From: Piromyces finnis finn
Lineage: Eukaryota > Fungi > Neocallimastigomycota
Direction of reading: 5' to 3'
NCBI GenBank assembly: GCA_002104945.1
Contig: MCFH01000126.1
Span: 1-34,954, forward strand
DNA: 34,954 nucleotides
Shown here: piece after piece, positions 26,225-34,954 of the stretch
Position numbering within the stretch: the first letter of the stretch is position 1
Layout of the letters: every line of letters begins with the position of its first letter
Position numbers and translations under genes: made by a program
The notes under the pieces: model-generated
Databases searched by the model: none
Seen by the model: the letters and a program-made list of their open reading frames with translations, nothing else
Told to the model about the DNA's origin: nothing

Positions 26225-29200
26225 TTGATCCTACAAATGAAGTTGAATCACCTACCTTCTCTACCGGTGGAAATAATCAAAACCAAAATATTAATAATGC
26301 TGATTTTTACGAGAGAAATGTGAAATGTATAAAAATTTTAGGATATTTGGTACAAAGATCACGAGAAACAGCAGTATCTGCCGAAGGAAAATTATTAAAA
26401 TTTGATGTACGAAATAATGGTGGGATATTGAGAAAATTAATTAAATCTATAAAAATTCCTTTAGGTATTAAAACCCAAGATCAGTTACCAGTTCATAATG
26501 ATCCATCTAACACCAATAATAACGGTGTTATAAACATATTATATTTGCCACAATCAGATGCATTAGGGAATCATGTTGATGTTGAATCTAATTTCAAAGA
26601 TTCTAAATTTAATAGTCTTAGAAATCACTTACAAAGTAATAATAAAATTGATGATAATTATGGATTCATATTAACACCAACTGAGTATAATTCAATTGAC
26701 GCTTCATATAAAGATTTTTATACGGCAATTACTATTGGTGATATTGAAGATGGAACAGGTAATCTATATACTCCACCAGGAAATGGAGGAAATGGACAAA
26801 AAGGAAAACTAACATTTTATGTTTTCAACAAAGACAAAAATGGTGACAATATAAAAATTAAAAATCCTCTTAAAGCGGATAACCAGCATACCATCAATAA
26901 TCATGTTATTGTTATGGATAAAGTTATTAACATGGCTTCACACTTTACAAATGCCTGCAGTCAAGGAGGGAATTCAGCTGCCGGTACGTCGTCTTCTAGA
27001 GTAATAACAAAAAGAGCCGACAATGTAAGGTGTCCATGTAATAAAGCAAAATATAGCGATTTAAATAAATATAAAAATAAATTCGATAATACCAAGATTG
27101 AAAATATGATTTCTTCTTTAACAAATGATCTCAAGTTACAAGAATATGAAGAAGCCATAAATGAAATTGATAAAAGTGAAAGCGAGTTTATAAAAGCGGC
27201 AGCCGATATGATGGATAGTCAAAACGACAAAATAGATATGGAAGGAAGAATTTCGGGTTCAGGAGAAAACAAAAAATTTATATATAATGATGTCAGTTCA
27301 GAGATTGAAGTTATGATGAAGTTATCAGAGAATATCCTCAACAACATTTCAAATCCAACGGTGATCAAAACACGTTTATGGATATCGAGAATGAATCTTT
27401 TCTATAGCAAAATGAAGAAATATTTAAAAAACTTAAAAAAAATTGCAAAGTATACAAGATCAAAAGAAGACAACGAAAAAATTAATAATGTTGTATTAAT
27501 GAAGAATTCCATATACCAATCTACAAAGGAAAATTTAAATAATGAAGATTTTATCAAACTAAGTAATGGAGGAACCGAAAAGTTTGAAAACTTTTTAAGT
27601 ATAAATGACCAGCAATCAGAATTGGAAATCGAAGCTATTAATAATTACGTTTCTTTTCTGTCATTATTTGATGATAATGATGATGGTAATAGTAATGGAA
27701 ATGGTCAGTCCAACGAAAATGATAATAATAACGATAATGTCGTATCAGCAAATAATGATGGCCTGGCAGTCGAAATGGATGATAATGGAAATTTCGGTAG
27801 TAGTATAGATGTTAAAAGTATTGATGTTAAAGCATCTTCTTATGGAGAAGCTTTAGAATTAATTACAGATAAACTCTTGAATCGCATTGATTATGCTGAT
27901 GATAAAGAAAAAGACAGCATAGCAAGATCTCTTGGGAAAATTTATCGTTCTTTATCTTTACGTTCTATTTCTGATCCTGATCCGGACACCACCGCTACTT
28001 TGAATCATTTATATAGTGCTGTATATGATAAATTAACCAATAGCAATCCGGAATATAAGGAAGAGTTAGAAAAGCCTATGAACAATGAAAAATCAAGTTA
28101 TTTAAGTAAAAGAGAAAAGGCATACACTCAAAAATTAAATTTAGTAAAAGATAAGCCACTTTCATCCATTGAAAATCCTCAAAAAATCAATGAAGTTTTT
28201 CAAACAAACGATGGAAATACATATAACAGGTATAAAAAATTAATGGCGAACTCGCTCAAGTACAAATTAATAGAAGGAATTAAAAATAATTCGCCTGAAA
28301 TTAAAAATTTAGTTTTGAGTAAATTAAACAAACTAGCTGAAATATATAATGAATATAAACAAGAATTAGCATATACTAAAGATTCAAATTTGAACGGTTT
28401 TGAAGGAAAGCTACTAGAGATGGCAGATATATTAGATATATATAATGACGTTTATTCCGTTGCTCTCACAAACGGAGTAATAGAATACACAGAAAAAAGT
28501 AAAATACTTTTACCACTTGAACCTAATGAAAAAATGATAAAATGTTTAAATGTCTTAAAGTATAAAAGACTAGTTAGATTAATGAAATCTTTAAAAATAT
28601 TTGATAAAAACTTACTTCCGCATAATGGTATGGAAAACAAATTCAATGAACCATCTTATGAAAATTTGTCAAACCATGAGAATTCATTATCTCTAAGTGA
28701 TATATTTAAAAATATAGAAAACTTAGATTTGCCATCATCCAGACCTTTGTCCAACCTTGTTATATTTTTGAGTATTTTCAAAGTTTTAGATAATTATTTA
28801 AAAGGTATTGAAGAAAAATACATTACTGATAATGCGGCCAGATTAGTGCAAGTTAATTCAAATGACGTCAATGAAAGTATTAAAAAATCACTCAAAATAA
28901 ATTCGCCATTAGATATGAATCCGGAAGATTTATATTTCTCACAAATGTTATCCACTATATCCGATGATGATGGTGTAAGCAATTTTTCTAACGAGGACAC
29001 TTATAATGAAATAATGGCTGATTCTATTTCATCTGTATTATCTGATTTAAAATCTTTTTCTAATGATGAAAAGTTACTACCAATGGATAATGAAATAAAA
29101 GTAAATGAAGATTCTGGTGAAATTTTGCAAGATACTCTTGTTGAAGGTGAAAATAGTATTAGCAGTGCAATGAATTATGTCAACGAAATGGTAAAAGATA

Positions 29201-29556
29201 TTATGGAATCGGATAATCCACAAGCTAAAGCATTGGTAAATAAAATTAACAAAATATTAAAAAAAGCCATTAAAAAAGCCAAAAAACAATTAATTAGATC
29301 TGTTGGTCATAATTCTGTTTCTGATATTATTAAAGCTTGTGAATATATTAGTTCTTTGGATAAAGTAGCCAGTTCAATTTCATCTAATCAGGGAAACAAA
29401 GAATTTTCTTCAAGTGCTTTTGTCAGTAAAATCGAAGAAATAAGTAATTCTTATAACACTGATATAACCAATAATAAATATAAAAAATTACGTAATAGAA
29501 AAATAGTTAAGCAATTAAGAAAAACTTTAAAAAAATTATTATTTAAAAAACATTAA
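24914..29556 (+). CDS. Giant (~1,500 aa) orphan protein: coiled coil, poly-Asn, central Cys...KR...CPC loop, long helical C-terminal half with basic amphipathic tail; true start uncertain
   Basis: Uninterrupted frame 24970-29556. The ORF-track start at 25024 is TTG and the first in-frame ATG is at 25267. An upstream ATG at 24914 encodes hydrophobic MTLTHLGITLLSLYFLFVE and joins the main frame either by a frameshift or by a GT-AG intron at 24933-25009. No family recognised. Confidence 0.85.
26182..26223 (+). repeat. (AAT)14 coding microsatellite, poly-Asn
   Basis: Directly visible and in frame within the giant ORF. Confidence 0.95.
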
Positions 29557-31052
29557 AAGAAATAGTTAAAAAAAAATTAGAATAATAAAAAAAATAATAT
29601 ATTTTATTTATTAAACTTAAAAATAATAACTAAAAAAAAAAAAAGTTTTAAAAATATTATAGAACAAATTAATAGATGATTTACAATTAAATATATACCT
29701 TAAAAAATAAATTCAGCTATATATTTTATTTATATTTAGACCTTTTTAATAAAAGTATTATCATTATATATAAATTGAATTATAATGAAATACATCTATT
29801 TTTATCCCATCTGACCAATAATTAAAAATAAAAATAGTACTAACTAAAATATAGAAATAAGTAATTATTAGAAAATAAAAAATAAGATACACTAAAATAA
29901 AAATAATACATAATACATATTAATAAAAAAAATATCAATATATTTAAGCTATTTAACTTATTATTTTTTATATGTTATTAATAATAAAATATAATTATAT
30001 TTATTTTTGTTTTAAATTTGTATTTTAAATGTCACTTTTAATATTATAATTATTATTATTTATTTATTGTAATTATAGTTATTATTTTATTTTTTAGTCT
30101 TAATTATCAATATTTTACTCTAAAATACATGGACTTATAGTTAGACATAAAATCTATTATAATATAATATACGTAATATATATAAATATGTATATAGCTA
30201 TTTTGTTATTTGTTATTTAACATTGAGGGTCAAGGTTAATATTTTATCCTATACTATTTTACATTATGGATTAGGTTAATACAAGATAATAAAGGTTTTC
30301 AATCAAAGGAAATGAATTTACACCTAATATCAAATATTTTCCCCATTGCTAATTGCTTGAGATGAGATGATGTATAAAATAGGAAATAGGTATTAGAGGA
30401 TGGAAAGAATACAAAAGAGGAATTTATTTAAAACAATTCTTTTTCCGCTATTTAGATATAGATAGACCGCCAACACCATTATTTTATATATATACGAAAG
30501 AGTTGATTTATATATATTTATTTTAATTTTATAAGTTTTATAAAATAAAATTACAATTATTATTTTAATATAAATAGTTTATCGATTTATTCACTGACTT
30601 TAAATTCATTATTTTACATAGAAAATTCAACTATTTTACTATTTCCATATACATAAAAGATTCATTTTTAAATATATAAATAAATGTTATTAACAAATAT
30701 ATATTAATGATATAGTTATTATATTATTAATATATTATTTGAAAATAATTCTTATAGGTTGATTTTGAACATAATCAATATAATGATATTAAAAAAAATT
30801 TTTTTTTTAAAATAAAACAAAACAACACTTTATAAAAATAAAAGAAAATACAAAAAGGTAAATAATATTTGTTTTTAATATTAATAAATATTTTACGTTA
30901 AATATAAATTATTGCTCAACAACTAATTTAGTTATTTATTTATAAAAAAAAAATATGTGAAAAAAAAAAAAAGATAATAGAAATCGATATCTATATTAAT
31001 ATATTAATATTAAAATTATTATGAATAAAATATCAACAATATACTTTTTAAA

Positions 31053-33039
31053 ATGAAGTATCTATTAAAAATATTGTCTTTGATATGTTTGTTTCTATTT
31101 ACTGTTGAAGTAAAAGGGGATGATAAATTTTATATCATTCAGACTGTTTTTGAAGAAGAAAACACTGATTTCACACGGGAAGAATTTATATTAGATAAAA
31201 TCAACAGTATAACTGGAGTCATTAAAAATAGTATAAACACATACAATAATATTACCTTTGTAAAAAACGAAATAAAAAAATTACTTTCTAATGATTATAC
31301 AGAAGACACCAATCCAAAAAATACTATTGAAAAGAGAGAAGATTATAAAAAATATTCATATAAACCTAATAACTTAATTAATTATATATCAAGTTTAAAA
31401 ACAAGCACCGATGTTTTATATGGTTATCTTAATGAGGTTGTCGCTGAAGAAGTATCCAATATGGAAGGTATTATAAAGTGTATTGAAGATATTGAGTTAG
31501 GTGAAGACATTATTGAATCAGATTTTACAATCTCTTATCTACCAAATGAAAACAAAAACGCAAATGCAGATAAAGTAATAGATACAGAAAACTTTGAAAA
31601 TTACTACGACATTACAAAGATAAAAGAAGAAACCAATTGGAAGGATGTTAGAGTACAAAAAGAAGCGTATAGTCACCTTTCATTAATATCACAATATAAG
31701 TATGACAGTAATAACATCCATTTATACGACAATAATTATTATATAACTGATACTGCTGGTGAAGGAGTTGACATTTTTATTATTGATCGTGGAATAAATA
31801 CAATACATCTTGATTTTACAGAAGACGATGAAAAAAACGAAAATGAACAGATAAAAAGAACTGTAACATGTGATGCTATTATTCAAAATGGAACTATAGA
31901 AATTCTTAATCCTTCTGATAAGAGAACAAAAATTTGCAGTTTAGAAAAGAATGGTAAAATGCCAGTACATGGAACAAGAGTAGCTTCTGTGGCAGCAGGT
32001 TGTCATTTTGGTGTAGCCAAAAAAGCTAATATTCATGCAATTGCTACAGATATGTCTATTGGAAGTTTGTTACTTGCCTTAACCTATTTGAGAGATAATG
32101 CTAAATCAATCAATCCAAACAAAACCGTAGTGAATATGTCCTTTGGAGCTTATGATATTGAAGATTATTCTGTCTTAAATGATTTAATTAATGAATTATC
32201 AAAATTAGGATTTATGTTTGTAGCAAGTGCTGGTAATAATAAAGTTGATGGTTGTACTATACAACATGGTGACTTTCCAAAAATCGGCTATCATATCCCC
32301 TCCTTTTATGAGAATGTAATTAGTGTAGGTGCTATTGGTGATGAAGAGCTTTATCAAGAAGATTATTTTAATGGTCAATCTTCTGATATTTATTCCATTG
32401 CTAGTTTTTCAAATTATGGATATTGTACTGATATATTTGCTCCAGGATACGTCTATGCCGCCTACCATCCTGAGCAATATATAAAAGATTTCAATGAGAA
32501 CAAAGTTTCAAAAGGATTTATGTATGCAATGGGTACTTCCTATTCCGCACCTATAGTAGCTGGAATTGCAGCTTTACTCATTTCAGAAAATAGAGATACT
32601 GTATATAACCAGAAAATCCTTAGGAATGAACTAGTCGAACTTTCTCAAAAAAATGTAATCGTGGATAATTATGTATTTAATAATATTCGGTTAGAAAATA
32701 CTCCAAATAGACTAGTCAATAATGGTAAGAAAAGTGTTTATTCTCGTGATAACATTTACAATGATAATTCATGTGGAATATATGCTGGTAATAGAAAATG
32801 CCCAAAAATACCAAATTCAAGTAAATTAAATTGTTGTTCTATCGATGGTATATGCGGATCTTCTACTAAGTATTGTTTACAAAGAAACGGTTGTCAATCT
32901 GAATTTGGTGAATGTGCTATAACATCCATCCAATATAAAAGTACTACAACTAAATTAACTACCAATGCCAGTACATCATTAACATCAACTAGAACAACAA
33001 CTGTAATCAAAACAATATTTACTCCTATAACAGAAAGTA

Positions 33040-33068
<29 letters not shown>
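31053..33068 (+). CDS. Secreted S8 subtilisin-like protease with prodomain and CBM18; 5' part of a gene interrupted by a SINE
   Basis: Signal peptide MKYLLKILSLICLFLFTVEVKG. Intact triad: D in GEGVDIFIIDRG (31785), H in HGTRVASVAAG (31968), S in GTSYSAPIVAG (32538), plus oxyanion FVASAGN. CBM18 at 32772-32915, then a Thr-rich linker. The last residues (SRSSFYPGC) and the stop come from the SINE. Confidence 0.93.
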
Positions 33069-33674
<606 letters not shown>

Positions 33675-33682
33675 AGAAAGTA

Positions 33683-34707
33683 CCCCAACCATCACACCTA
33701 CTTCTACTCCTGCACCTACAAGCACCAGTAGTAATACTAGTATTAATAGTAGTACAAGCGTTGCTAGTATTAGTACTGGTACAGTGGAAAAATCGTATAT
33801 AACTACAGATCATAAACTAGGCTGGTTATATATTACGGACAACTCAAATGAAAAAGAAAGATATTTATGTTTGTCATTAAACAGTAATAATGTATATTCA
33901 AAACCTATTCTAAAGGAATGCTCTTATTCTGATTATAATAAATGGTATGTACCAATGACTAAACCAGGATATTATATCAATTCTTTTGATACTTCACTTT
34001 GTTTAGAATTAAACTCTTTAGACAAGTACTCAGGTGTTAATTCATGTTATGATGTAAGTTCTATACTTCCTGTGCTTAGTACTGGAAAAATTCAAACTAG
34101 TGATGATTATTGTTTTTCAATTTTAATTAAAGGAATTAATTATTTAGGTGGAATGGACTGCAAAAGTATCACTTCGGATTATCAATGGAAATTTTCGGGA
34201 ACTTATAGTAATATTGGTAAAGAAAATTTATTAGAAGATGAAGACTTCGTTGATGTAGATATTACTAATGGAAATTTCAGATCTTCTAATGCAGTTAAAA
34301 GTTGGATTTATAATCAAAAGTTAAAACTATGTCTTTCATGGAATGGTTCAATTCTTTCTAGACCTTTATTAAAAAAATGTACCTATAATGATTTGAATTT
34401 ATGGTATGTTGCAAATGATAAATTAAAGAAAGGTTACTATGTGAACTCATACGATAACTCATTTGTATTTCCGTTACCACAACCAATAATGTAATAATAA
34501 AAAGATGTGATGAAAATTGGTAATGTTTAAAAACAAAAATGGTACAATTCAAAAAAGGACTCTGATAATTCATTATGCTTAGGTATTTTTAATTTTAATG
34601 AAAGCATAGATTATATAAATGAAAAAAATATAAAAATTGTAATGGAAGAATGCTCTAATGAGGACGATCAAAATTGGGTTGTCACCACTACTTTACCTGG
34701 ACAGTAA
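33683..34707 (+). CDS. 3' part of the interrupted subtilase gene: Thr/Ser/Pro linker plus two ricin-B (CBM13-like) lectin domains
   Basis: In frame with 31053 once the SINE is removed. Repeated W-LYI/W-IYN...LCL...PxLKxC...N.WYV modules. Three 1-bp deletions (~34463, ~34517, ~34556) interrupt the second lectin domain. The final segment LCLGIF...ECSNEDDQNWVV ends at TAA 34705-34707. Confidence 0.82.
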
Positions 34708-34779
34708 TAAAACAATAATGATCAATAAAGATCAATAATAAAAAGTAATAGAAAATAACATCTTTAAAAATAATTCTAT

Positions 34780-34792
34780 AATAATAATAATA

Positions 34793-34823
<31 letters not shown>

Positions 34824-34887
34824 TCATCATCATCATCATAATAATAATAATAATCATAATAAAAAAAATAAAATTAATAATAAAAAA

Positions 34888-34929
<42 letters not shown>

Positions 34930-34954
34930 TTAATAATAATAATAATAATAATAA
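34780..34954 (+). repeat. (AAT)n/(ATC)n low-complexity microsatellite tract
   Basis: Directly visible and running to the window end. Confidence 0.9.

Noticed and set aside
25212-29000. Minus-strand ORFs 25212-25658, 26961-27158, 28452-28646, 28794-29000, plus-strand 27605-27808, and 22569-22916
   Set aside because: Antisense or alternate-frame shadows of long real ORFs, with Leu/Phe/Ser-biased composition.

Overview
Extremely AT-rich eukaryotic DNA, most likely from an anaerobic gut fungus (Neocallimastigomycota). This is inferred from the very low intergenic GC and from secreted S8 subtilases fused to CBM18 chitin-binding and ricin-B lectin modules. (1) Bases 1-20778 form one giant, spacer-less imperfect palindrome with its axis at ~10293. 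Each ~10.3 kb arm carries an S8-CBM18x2 protease gene, a divergent CBM18/ricin-B pseudogene and an orphan duplicate of the protease promoter. The left arm is rich in 1-bp deletions but keeps the family-conserved residues, while the right arm has cleaner frames but derived, damaging substitutions. (2) 22.4-29.6 kb holds a single-TM Asn-rich protein with PSAP-type repeats, a fragmented minus-strand gene, and a head-to-head ~1,500-aa orphan ORF whose centre has a Cys-loop/KR/Cys di-chain-like motif. (3) 31.0-34.7 kb is a ~1,000-aa S8-CBM18-linker-ricin-B protease gene interrupted by a full-length, very young tRNA-Ala(AGC)-derived SINE (11-bp TSD, 97-nt poly-A). The TSD copies could supply an in-frame GT/AG pair that splices the element out. 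No rRNA, functional tRNA or CRISPR array was seen. Many frameshifts may be long-read indel errors and cannot be resolved from this sequence alone.
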